Origin: an uncultured delta proteobacterium
GTDB lineage: Bacteria; Bdellovibrionota; FAC87; UBA2466
DNA length: 64,000 bases
Assembly: GCA_963778115.1 (NCBI GenBank)
Contig: CAVZSV010000004.1
Location: 2,336,001-2,400,000 of the forward strand
Direction of reading: 5' to 3'
The position numbers and the translations under genes were made by a program. The stretch's first letter is position 1. Each line of letters opens with the position of its first letter. Positions 1 to 8,445 of the stretch are shown here, one piece after another. The notes beneath the pieces were generated by a model. It was not told the DNA's origin. It saw only the letters and a program-made list of their open reading frames with translations, and searched no databases.

Positions 1-1050
1 AGCATCCCGAATGGATTTGGGAGTTAGGTCCACAGCTCGTTGGACGGCGTCTACCGCCACTCCGCCCGCATCGTAGCCCATGGCTGCCAGCGCGTTGGGC
101 GTCTCGCCGTTGTAGCGTGCCTTAAAATTCTTAACGAAGTTTTGTACCAAAGGATTTTGTGCATCGGGGGAATAGTGCGTGCTGAAATAACTTCCGACGA
201 TAGCGGCTTTACCAATCTGGGTGAGCTTCTCGCTATCCCAGCCGTCGCCGCCCAAAAGAGGAACCGACAATCCTAACTCTTTGGCTTGTAAGGCAATCAA
301 GCCCACTTCAGTGTAATATCCGGGGACAAAAATAAGTTGGGGCTTCTTGGTCTTCATGGCGGTAAGTTGCGATTTAAAATCGACATCCCCCGAAGCATAG
401 GAGGTGTCGATGACAACTTCTCCGCCGAGCCGTTTGAATTCCTCCACGAAGAAGTTAGCCAGTCCCACACTGTAATCGCTTCGAGTATCTCGAAAAATAG
501 CCGCTTTGGTTAGCTTCAGGTTATTGACGGCGAACTTGGCCATCACCGCCCCTTGGAAGGGATCGATGAAGCAGACGCGGAAAATATAGTCGCCGATCTG
601 AGTCACTTTCGGATTGGTGCTCGAGGGGCTTATCATGGGGACTTTGTATTGTTGAGCGATGGGGGCGGCCGCGATGGATCGGGAGCTAGCCACTTCGCCG
701 ATAATCACGGAAGCGTTAAATTGGGTAATGAGTTTAGTGACCACCGTTACGGCTTCGTCCGATTTCCCCTGATCGTCTTCGGAGATGATCTTGATCTGTT
801 TTCCCTTAACGCCACCGGCCTTATTAATTTGATCGACGTACATCGCGAGTCCGTTGTGGGTTGCCGTACCGAAGGTGCTTTCGGATCCGGTCATCGACCC
901 AAATTCGCCAAAGAGGATAGTGTTGGAGTTTGCCGTAGAATCGCCACCCTTTTTAGTGCACGCGGTGGACCAGACGGCGAGGAACAACAGACCAATGCCG
1001 ATCGAAGCTCTGACTAAGGATTTATTTGCCGGTATTTTCACAAATTTCAT
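1..1050 (-). CDS. Branched-chain amino acid ABC transporter substrate-binding lipoprotein (LivJ/LivK family), 3'-truncated by window edge
   Basis: Not in the ORF track because it runs off the edge. Manual translation from ATG at 1050: MKFVKIPANKSLVRASIGIGLLFLAVWSTAC (lipobox-like)...GEFGSMTGSESTFG...INKAGGVKGKQI...EDDQGK...IIGEVASSRSIAAAPIAQ...PMISPSSTNPKVTQIGDYIFRVCFIDPFQG. Confidence 0.92.
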   Translation of the reverse strand, partial: MKFVKIPANKSLVRASIGIGLLFLAVWSTACTKKGGDSTANSNTILFGEFGSMTGSESTFGTATHNGLAMYVDQINKAGGVKGKQIKIISEDDQGKSDEAVTVVTKLITQFNASVIIGEVASSRSIAAAPIAQQYKVPMISPSSTNPKVTQIGDYIFRVCFIDPFQGAVMAKFAVNNLKLTKAAIFRDTRSDYSVGLANFFVEEFKRLGGEVVIDTSYASGDVDFKSQLTAMKTKKPQLIFVPGYYTEVGLIALQAKELGLSVPLLGGDGWDSEKLTQIGKAAIVGSYFSTHYSPDAQNPLVQNFVKNFKARYNGETPNALAAMGYDAGGVAVDAVQRAVDLTPKSIRDA

Positions 1051-1138
1051 TAAACGTACCCCCTACCCCGCGGACAGCTCCATTGAGCTCTAACCTTTGT
1101 AAGTAGTCATTCAGACGGAGCTTTGTCAATTTGTTGTA

Positions 1139-1168
1139 TTGACACCAATATTTCTAAAGTCCTAAGTT
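1139..1168 (+). promoter_or_regulatory. Putative sigma70-type promoter for xseB
   Basis: TTGACA-N18-TAAGTT ending 7 nt before ATG 1176; a second TTGACA lies on the opposite strand at about 1124-1129, facing the liv gene. Confidence 0.5.
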
Positions 1169-1175
1169 ACCGGGC

Positions 1176-1418
1176 ATGGATACGGAAAATTCATTGCCCT
1201 CTTTTGAGACGTCATTAAAGGAACTCGAAAAGATAGTCGCTGAGCTGGAGAAGGGAGAGCTTCCCTTAGAGAGCCAGTTGAAATCGTTCGAGAAAGGGGT
1301 CGGATTGTCTCGCGAATGCATGAAACGATTGGAAGAGATCGAAAGGCGTGTGGAGCTATTAATGCAATCCTCAGATGGCAAAATGGCCACGACCCCTTTC
1401 GAAGCCCCTCTGTCTTGA
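1176..1418 (+). CDS. xseB: Exodeoxyribonuclease VII small subunit
   Basis: SFETSLKELEKIVAELEKGELPLESQLKSFEKGVGL pattern; canonical xseB-ispA-dxs synteny. Confidence 0.95.
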   Translation: MDTENSLPSFETSLKELEKIVAELEKGELPLESQLKSFEKGVGLSRECMKRLEEIERRVELLMQSSDGKMATTPFEAPLS

Positions 1419-1502
1419 TTTGCTTTGGCTTGAGACCCTTGGGTTGAGTTGCGCGGCCCAGCTGACCCGCTTTCCGTCTTTTTCGTCTTACCTTTACAAC
1501 AT

Positions 1503-1532
1503 TTGACACGCTCCAACTCGTCCACATATGGT
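1503..1532 (+). promoter_or_regulatory. Putative sigma70-type promoter for ispA-dxs
   Basis: TTGACA-N18-TATGGT. Confidence 0.45.
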
Positions 1533-1610
1533 GGGGAGGTTTTCTTTTTGTTTCAGCGGCTTAATATCAGCGACGTGGCGATCAGGGCCGGCGGAAACCT
1601 CCTGGAGATA

Positions 1611-2504
1611 GTGGTGAACTTCGAAGAGTATAGTGAAAAACGGCTGATCCAAATTAATGAATATATTCAAGCAAGCTTAAATCAATACGCGAAGACCGTT
1701 TCTCAACGATTTTTGCCCTTGCTCGAAGCCATGCAGTATAGCCTCGAAGGTGGTGGAAAAAGACTTCGCCCGCTGCTGGTATTGGCTAGTAGCGAATGTG
1801 TGGGGATTAAGCCCGAACATGTGTTGCCCGCTGCTTGTGCCTTGGAATACATCCATACCTATTCGCTGATTCACGACGATCTTCCCGCTCTCGATGATGA
1901 CGACATGCGACGGGGAAAACCCTCCAGTCACAAGAAGTTTGGGGAAGCGGTCGCCATCCTAGCGGGCGATTCCCTGCTTACCGAGGCCTTTGGCCAGATG
2001 CTCTCTTTGACAGAGTCGAACCGCTTCTCTCCGGCTCACGTTCTGCGCGCTATCGACCTTTTGGTTCATTGTGCCGGTATGCGGGGAATGGTGGGGGGGC
2101 AGCTCCTCGATGTCACCACGAACGACCATAACTATTCGCTTCCGGAGGTTGAATTCATTCATATCCACAAGACCGGGGCTTTGATTCTTGCCTCAGTTTT
2201 GGTTCCCAGCAGGCTCATTCAAATAGACGAAGACAAGGTGCAGCGTCTGCGCCGGTATGGCGAAGCCCTAGGTTTGGCCTTTCAGATTTCAGATGATCTG
2301 CTCGACTCGGAAGCCATGATTCGGTATTCTCGGGGGCCTAGGAAGAAGCCGAAGCCCAGTTATACGCAGTTGATGAGTCCCGCGGAAATGAAGGACAAGA
2401 TGAATGGGCTTATCGATAAAGCGATCCATTCGGTTGGCGGCGAGGGGGAAAAAGCGGCGCCCTTAATTACAATCGCTGAATTTATTCGCACCAGAAGACA
2501 CTGA
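1611..2504 (+). CDS. ispA: Farnesyl/geranylgeranyl diphosphate synthase
   Basis: GGKRLRP, SLIHDDLPALDDDDMRRGKP (FARM), GMVGGQLLD, HKTGALI, AFQISDDLLD (SARM); start moved to GTG 1611/1614 after a GGAG RBS. Confidence 0.93.
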   Translation: MVNFEEYSEKRLIQINEYIQASLNQYAKTVSQRFLPLLEAMQYSLEGGGKRLRPLLVLASSECVGIKPEHVLPAACALEYIHTYSLIHDDLPALDDDDMRRGKPSSHKKFGEAVAILAGDSLLTEAFGQMLSLTESNRFSPAHVLRAIDLLVHCAGMRGMVGGQLLDVTTNDHNYSLPEVEFIHIHKTGALILASVLVPSRLIQIDEDKVQRLRRYGEALGLAFQISDDLLDSEAMIRYSRGPRKKPKPSYTQLMSPAEMKDKMNGLIDKAIHSVGGEGEKAAPLITIAEFIRTRRH

Positions 2505-2521
2505 CGAAAAGAAACGAATTC

Positions 2522-4480
2522 GTGAAACTGCTAGATAGCATTGATTCGCCCAAGGACCTTCGTTGTTTGGGGAACGAGTCTCTCGATCAAGTGGTCGCGG
2601 AATTGCGAGATCAGATTCTTACCGTGGTTTCGGAAAAAGGCGGCCACTTCGCTTCGAATTTGGGCAGCGTGGAGTTGACCGTTGCCCTTCATTACGTATT
2701 CGATACCCCCAACGATAAGATAGTCTGGGATGTGGGACACCAAGCCTACGGGCACAAAATACTTACCGGTCGTCGCGATAGCTTTCCCACCATACGCCAG
2801 TATCAAGGGCTCAGTGGGTTTACCAGCAGGGCTGAAAGCGAATATGATCACTTCGGAGCAGGTCACGCTAGTACTTCAATTTCAGCCGCGATGGGAATTG
2901 CCGAAGGCATGAGGCACGGGGGAAGTCCGCACCATGCGATCGCGGTCATTGGGGATGGTTCGCTTACCGGCGGGTTAGTCTACGAAGCGATGAACAATGC
3001 AGGGCACATTCCTGTAAAAAATCTCGTCGTAGTCCTAAATGACAATGACATGTCAATAGATCCCAACGTCGGCGCCCTTTCAAAATTTATCAGCGAAGCG
3101 GTCACCCATCCTCGCTACAACCATTTCCGAAAAGAGCTGCGAACGTTGCTTGATACGCTAAGCGATCGAGGTGTTCCCGTTAAGGCGTTGGCGTCCAAGC
3201 TTCGTAAGAGTGTGAAGAACTTTTTGACCCCTGGTATTTTGTTCGAATGCTTTGGCTTTCGGTATGTCGGCCCCGTAAACGGTCACGATGTGCACGCGCT
3301 GGCCGATGCGTTCCGATTCATCAAGAACGAAGGGCCAGAAAGCGGCCCTTACTTAGTTCACGCGATAACCACTAAGGGTAAAGGCTATAAGCTCGCCGAA
3401 GAAAACGCGGTGAAGTATCACGGAGTGACGTCCTTTAAGATCAAAGATGGAATCCAGCCATCGGGACCGAAGAAAGCCGCTTATCAAGATATCTTTGCCG
3501 ACACTCTTATCCGCTTAGCGAAGGAGGATCCCAGGATTATCGCCATCACGGCGGCGATGCCTAGCGGAACCGGCGTGAACAAATTCCAAAAGGAGTTTCC
3601 CTCTCGTTGCTACGACGTAGGGATCGCTGAGGCCCATGCGGTACTCTTTGCGGCGGGTCTTGCTACCGAAGGTTTCCGTCCCGTGGCCGCCATCTATTCC
3701 ACGTTTTTACAACGGGCATACGATCAATTGATTCATGACGTGGGATTACAGAGTTTGCCGGTTGTTTTTGCGATGGACCGTGCGGGTCTTGTGGGCGCTG
3801 ACGGAGCCACTCACCAAGGGGCCTTCGATTTAAGCTATTTGCGCTGTATTCCCAATTTTGTCGTGATGGCGCCCAAAGATGAAAATGAGATGCAGCACAT
3901 GATGAAGACCGCTGTCTCTTATGACAAAGGGCCTATTGCCATTCGTTATCCTCGCGGAGAGGTAGTGGGTGTGGCGATGGATAACGAATTAAAAGTCCTG
4001 CCCATCGGGAGTGGAGAGTTACTGAGCGCCGATGCCGAACGGCTCGATGTGCTTTTTATTGGCGTGGGTTACGCGTTGCAATCGGTAACGGAAGCACAAA
4101 AGAAGGTCAGGGCAGAGGGTTTTGCCACGGGAGTTATTAACGCACGCTTCATCAAGCCGCTCGATGAATCGCTTTTGGTAAATTGGATTGAGCAAAGTCA
4201 ATTAGTCGTCACCGTGGAGGAGAACTCGGCTATCGGCGGATTCGGCGCTTCGGTGTTGGAGCTCATGGCCGAACGTGGACTTCGCAAAGACACCCTAGTG
4301 ATCGGCATGCCCGATCAGTTCGTGGACCACGCCTCACAACAGACACAACGCGAACTGACCCTCTTAGACGGCGATGGGATCGCCAAGAAAGTATTTGAAA
4401 GAATCGGCCGCATTGCAAAATCGGCCCCGAAAACTCGCTCGACTAGCGAAATAGAATCTTCGCTTTCCTTGAATCACTAA
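2522..4480 (+). CDS. dxs: 1-deoxy-D-xylulose-5-phosphate synthase
   Basis: GGHFASNLGSVELT, WDVGHQAYGHK, GDGSLTGG...NDNDMSI TPP motif, DVGIAEAHAV, DRAGLVGADGATHQG. Confidence 0.98.
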   Translation: MKLLDSIDSPKDLRCLGNESLDQVVAELRDQILTVVSEKGGHFASNLGSVELTVALHYVFDTPNDKIVWDVGHQAYGHKILTGRRDSFPTIRQYQGLSGFTSRAESEYDHFGAGHASTSISAAMGIAEGMRHGGSPHHAIAVIGDGSLTGGLVYEAMNNAGHIPVKNLVVVLNDNDMSIDPNVGALSKFISEAVTHPRYNHFRKELRTLLDTLSDRGVPVKALASKLRKSVKNFLTPGILFECFGFRYVGPVNGHDVHALADAFRFIKNEGPESGPYLVHAITTKGKGYKLAEENAVKYHGVTSFKIKDGIQPSGPKKAAYQDIFADTLIRLAKEDPRIIAITAAMPSGTGVNKFQKEFPSRCYDVGIAEAHAVLFAAGLATEGFRPVAAIYSTFLQRAYDQLIHDVGLQSLPVVFAMDRAGLVGADGATHQGAFDLSYLRCIPNFVVMAPKDENEMQHMMKTAVSYDKGPIAIRYPRGEVVGVAMDNELKVLPIGSGELLSADAERLDVLFIGVGYALQSVTEAQKKVRAEGFATGVINARFIKPLDESLLVNWIEQSQLVVTVEENSAIGGFGASVLELMAERGLRKDTLVIGMPDQFVDHASQQTQRELTLLDGDGIAKKVFERIGRIAKSAPKTRSTSEIESSLSLNH

Positions 4481-4513
4481 TTCGAAAAAGGAACTTTTTC
4501 ATCCTTTTTCTCG

Positions 4514-5344
4514 TCAGGGCGCCGACGTAAACCCGATCAGTTGCTGGAGCTGCCACACGCTATGCACGTACGTTACGAATAAGGCAAAAATAGGACCGCG
4601 AATCCGCCTCATGAAAGCGATAAAATCAAGGTTGTCACTAATGCCTCGATGGAAAAGAAGGGGAAGTTTGGGCTCCGTTCTTAGATGCTCGGCTCGCTCT
4701 TTCCAGTATTTGAAGAGGGCTCGGTCCTCAGGTTCCATGTCGTAAAGACCAAAGAAATGGTTCATCTGCCATTCGAGATCGGGAGCCAACTGCGATTTGA
4801 TTTTAGAAACCGTCTTTTTCATGGCCCGCTTGGCTTGTGAAGGTTCAGTCTGAATCCAGGGGCGGCCGAGGCCCACTTCACGACCGAGTTGTCGTAGAAA
4901 ATGGTATCGCATAAGAGAGAGCAAGAACTGTGAGCCAAGCACCTTTTTCAACAGAGCCCGAGCGTCAGGGGATCCCAACTTGGGAGCCATAGCCTCCAGA
5001 CCTAATTTCCTTAACGTCTCTATGGAAGGCTCTGACCGCGAGAAGATGATGTTGGCCTCATATTCTCTTTCCCGCATTTTTTCGGTATAGCGAATGGCTT
5101 GCTCTCGCGCTATGAACTCTTCTCTTTTCTCCAAGCTAAGTTCTCTGAAGTTACGGCTTCTGGAGAGAGAGTCCAAGAGGGTCTGACGAATATTCTCCAT
5201 CTCGCCTACGAGAGCATCGCAGCCGTAGATAAGGGTCCGTGTCTCAGCCGCTTGTGATACCCACGTCAGAAGAGAAAGGAGCAATCCAATTATAAATAAA
5301 TGTCTATCGAGCATAAAAACCGTCTTTGGTCTCCTGCTCCCCAC
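4514..5344 (-). CDS. Hypothetical secreted protein
   Basis: 276-aa ORF with signal-peptide-like segment (LFIIGLLLSLLTWVSQA); true start probably the second Met; no recognisable motif. Confidence 0.6.
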   Translation of the reverse strand: MGSRRPKTVFMLDRHLFIIGLLLSLLTWVSQAAETRTLIYGCDALVGEMENIRQTLLDSLSRSRNFRELSLEKREEFIAREQAIRYTEKMREREYEANIIFSRSEPSIETLRKLGLEAMAPKLGSPDARALLKKVLGSQFLLSLMRYHFLRQLGREVGLGRPWIQTEPSQAKRAMKKTVSKIKSQLAPDLEWQMNHFFGLYDMEPEDRALFKYWKERAEHLRTEPKLPLLFHRGISDNLDFIAFMRRIRGPIFALFVTYVHSVWQLQQLIGFTSAP

Positions 5345-5356
5345 CCCGCTTACAGA

Positions 5357-6475
5357 CTAATAATAAGGAACAATCATGGTCTTCGGCTCTTCGAAGTAAT
5401 CCACGTTGCAGCCAATAATGACGTGACCATATACCTCATTCCCCTCGTATTGTCCCTTGGAAACGAAGATGGGCGCGACTGACAGAATTCGGCTAGTTCC
5501 GGCCAAATTCGGAGCGCGAAAGATGTCTACCCCTTTGTTCATAAAGGAAGTCTTGAGTAGCCGGTCAAAGTAGTCCTTTAAAACCCCCTTCTCATAAGCT
5601 GCTACATTGATGGGGTGAGTTCCATTTTCGGCATCCGTTTTCATCGGAGTTACCCATGTGCCCGTCTTTTTGTCGATGCCGATCACTTTCCAGTAATGGG
5701 GATGGGTGATGAAGTTATTATTGGAGTCGACGATATAGATGTAGTTTCCCTTGTCGTAAGCGTCCAAGAGATTGCGCTTGGGGTCATAGGGAAATGCCGG
5801 GCTAGTCAAATGATCTTGAAGATGTCGGTAGTCGATCGTGAGCAGATAGATACTTTTCTTACCCCGATAAGCGACGCTCAACCCGGCCCTGGTGAAGTCC
5901 TCCGCGGATCCTTCTGGAGTGTAGTAACGAAGGACCGACCCATAATAAATTTGCCCTTCGGGTAACGCCATCGCCTTTTCGATGAGTTGGCGGTCACAAA
6001 GATCCCCCAATCGACAGTCGCTAAGGGGCTTGTGTTCGGTAGATACCTTGCCCTCGTAAAGCTGGATAAGCTGGGTTCCTTTGTCATCGAGGTAAGTGAT
6101 AGCGTTGTAAAAAGGCAGAGGGGACTGAATTACGTTGTCATCTTGGTCGTACTTGGTGAAGTCGCCCATTTGAGCCAAATAAAATTCCCGCAGATGCTCT
6201 GGAGTGGGGGAGATAATATCCAAGACCTGGACGTCTCGCCCCGCCTTTTCCAAGAGGTCGCCAAAGCCCGTCGATACGACCATGGCGTCAAAAGCCATGA
6301 CGCTATTTTGTCGCTGAACGAACTGACTGCGGACCCGTCTAAAATCGGTGCGGTCCTGGTACCATTTAAAAAAGATAAAAAGAAACAAAACTAAAGGAAC
6401 GGCTGCGGTCAGTAAGATGATAAGCCAAGGATTTAACGACGGCTTTTCATATCTGGCGGTGATGTTCGTCTCCAT
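5357..6475 (-). CDS. Membrane-anchored Cache-like extracytoplasmic sensor domain protein with no output domain
   Basis: One N-terminal TM (WLIILLTAAVPLVLFLFIFF); ITYLDDKGTQL and GNYIYIVDSNNNFITHP resemble dCache motifs; start taken at METNIT. Confidence 0.6.
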   Translation of the reverse strand: METNITARYEKPSLNPWLIILLTAAVPLVLFLFIFFKWYQDRTDFRRVRSQFVQRQNSVMAFDAMVVSTGFGDLLEKAGRDVQVLDIISPTPEHLREFYLAQMGDFTKYDQDDNVIQSPLPFYNAITYLDDKGTQLIQLYEGKVSTEHKPLSDCRLGDLCDRQLIEKAMALPEGQIYYGSVLRYYTPEGSAEDFTRAGLSVAYRGKKSIYLLTIDYRHLQDHLTSPAFPYDPKRNLLDAYDKGNYIYIVDSNNNFITHPHYWKVIGIDKKTGTWVTPMKTDAENGTHPINVAAYEKGVLKDYFDRLLKTSFMNKGVDIFRAPNLAGTSRILSVAPIFVSKGQYEGNEVYGHVIIGCNVDYFEEPKTMIVPYY

Positions 6476-6546
6476 CCAAGGCAACATACCATAAACCGTT
6501 CCCAGATGGATTGGTCCCACTAGCTGTGGTAGGTTTCCCGTGCCGA

Positions 6547-7350
6547 ATGGACACCAAAAGAGTCAAAAAAAAAGAACAAAAACGATTAGATGTCTTGCTC
6601 GTGGAGCGCGGACTATCCCCCTCCCGGGAGCGGGCCCAAGGAAGTATTTTGGCCGGCGAGGTTTGGAGTGGGGAGAGACGCCTGGAAAAGGTGGGTGAAA
6701 AACACCCTCAAGACATTATCTTGGAGATTCGCTCTCGGATCCCCGCTTACTCCAGTCGAGGCGGCCTTAAGTTGGCTCATGCCTTAGATCTGTTCTCTCT
6801 CTGCGTGGAAGGCAAAGTCTGTATCGACATTGGGGCTTCTACCGGAGGGTTTACGGACTGCTTGCTCAGCCGAGGGGCGATGAAAGTATTTGCGATCGAC
6901 GTTGGCTACGGACAGCTCGATCAAAAGTTAAGAAACGACCCGCGCGTGGTAAACGTCGAAAAGACAAACGCTCGCTATCTGACGCCGGAGGGGTTGATCT
7001 CAGTCTCTCAAGCGCCCGCTTCGCAAGTATCCGCCATCAGCTTCGCGGTGGTCGATGTGTCCTTTATCTCTTTACGCACGGTCTTGCCTCCTTTGGGCGA
7101 CGCCTTCCGCCAAGTCCGTGACTGGGTGTTGCTCTTTAAACCCCAATTTGAAGTGGGTCCTCAAAACTTAAGAAAGGGAGGCATAGTAAAAAGCGATGAC
7201 ATCGCGCGCGAAGCTTTGGAGTCACTCCAAAGCGAATTGGCGTCTCTGGGCTGGCTTTTGCGACATGGGCCGGAAAGTTCTCCCCTGGCGGGTAAGAAAA
7301 GTGGTAATTTGGAATACCTGATTCATTATGAACTTTTACCGCATCCATAA
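6547..7350 (+). CDS. tlyA: TlyA family rRNA (cytidine-2'-O)-methyltransferase
   Basis: S4 domain KRLDVLLVERGL, SRGGLKL, DIGASTGGFTDCLL, DVSFISL, LFKPQFE, GNLEY. Confidence 0.95.
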   Translation: MDTKRVKKKEQKRLDVLLVERGLSPSRERAQGSILAGEVWSGERRLEKVGEKHPQDIILEIRSRIPAYSSRGGLKLAHALDLFSLCVEGKVCIDIGASTGGFTDCLLSRGAMKVFAIDVGYGQLDQKLRNDPRVVNVEKTNARYLTPEGLISVSQAPASQVSAISFAVVDVSFISLRTVLPPLGDAFRQVRDWVLLFKPQFEVGPQNLRKGGIVKSDDIAREALESLQSELASLGWLLRHGPESSPLAGKKSGNLEYLIHYELLPHP

Positions 7351-8356
7351 GAAGCAAAAGAGTCTAAAGTCCCTATTACTCGTCCTCACCCTGGCCCTGC
7401 TCACAAGCTGCGCCAGTAAGAAACTTGAGCCCCCTCCCCAAAACCCGTACCTGCCGCCGAGTCAAACTCCGGCGACCATGAAAAATACCTATCCACCGAT
7501 GGATCCCACTCAAAGTTTGCCAAATTCAGAAATGGTGCCGGGTGGCTCCACTATTACTATGCCGCCACCCGACGTTCATCCTGGATCTCCGCGCATTGCG
7601 CTGGTGGTAGGAGGAGCTGGAGTCGCCAGTTACGCTACGGTCGGGTTGCTCAAGCGTTTCCATGAGGAGGGAATTCGGCTCGATATGATCGTTGCGACCG
7701 GTTGGCCGGCGCTATTTTCCGTAGGGTTTGGGTTCTTGCGAAGCGTGCACGATCTCGAATGGTTTGCGATGAGGCTTCAATCCAAAGACTTCGAGAGTTT
7801 GGCAAGGCTTCTGCCCGGTAGTGATCCGGGACTGTACGATAAGATTTCGCCGCTGATTTTAGATACCTTTCGCCACCGTGATTTGAGCGAGACCCATCTT
7901 CCTGTCTACTTGATGACGGGGAACACGGACTTGGGAGAGGTGGGGGCGTTTGATAGAGGAGATTGGAAGGTTCCCCTTCTAGAAACGATGTCCATTCCTG
8001 GCATCTATCGGCCGTTTCGGGATGACGATCAGGATGCCTATCGGCGTGTGGAAGCCATGGGGGTTGACGAAGCGGTTCGCAGGCATGCTGACGTAATAAT
8101 AGGGGTGGGGATGTACACCGACTACGTGGATTCGGTTATCTTTTCCGGTGCAAAAGAAGGGGCGGATGCGGGAAGAATCTACGGCAGAACGGTTCAGAGT
8201 AACGTGAACGAACAGCTTCGAAATGCTACTTTTACCTCCAGAATTGCCCTTGGTCGCTCTCCCACCGATTTCGGTTATAAGAGACAAGCATTAGTCGCGG
8301 GGTATCGGGAGGGGACTCGGCTGGCGAGAGAGATCCGCAAACTTCTGCACCGCTAA
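7328..8356 (+). CDS. Patatin-like lipoprotein with degenerate catalytic motifs
   Basis: Lipobox LLTSC, Pro-rich linker, then RIALVVGGAG...VGLLKRFHEEGIRLDMIV patatin-type N-terminus and SIPGIYRP; GxSxG and DGG not present. Confidence 0.7.
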   Translation: MNFYRIHKKQKSLKSLLLVLTLALLTSCASKKLEPPPQNPYLPPSQTPATMKNTYPPMDPTQSLPNSEMVPGGSTITMPPPDVHPGSPRIALVVGGAGVASYATVGLLKRFHEEGIRLDMIVATGWPALFSVGFGFLRSVHDLEWFAMRLQSKDFESLARLLPGSDPGLYDKISPLILDTFRHRDLSETHLPVYLMTGNTDLGEVGAFDRGDWKVPLLETMSIPGIYRPFRDDDQDAYRRVEAMGVDEAVRRHADVIIGVGMYTDYVDSVIFSGAKEGADAGRIYGRTVQSNVNEQLRNATFTSRIALGRSPTDFGYKRQALVAGYREGTRLAREIRKLLHR

Positions 8357-8445
8357 AGTCTAGGTCTAGAGCTAGCTTTAGCCTCTAGCAGTAGCGCTAT
8401 GATCTCGCACTAGATCTATTTGATCCTTCCGGGTATGGTGCGCCC

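Noticed and set aside
40..1093. Plus-strand ORFs 40-276, 553-1017 and 854-1093
   Set aside because: Antisense shadows of the minus-strand LivJ/K gene
1449..1610. N-terminal extension of ispA and a GGAGGTTTTC/GGAAACCTCC stem as a possible ncRNA
   Set aside because: The region holds a promoter and RBS; the stem lacks SRP, 6S or riboswitch signature motifs that I can recognise
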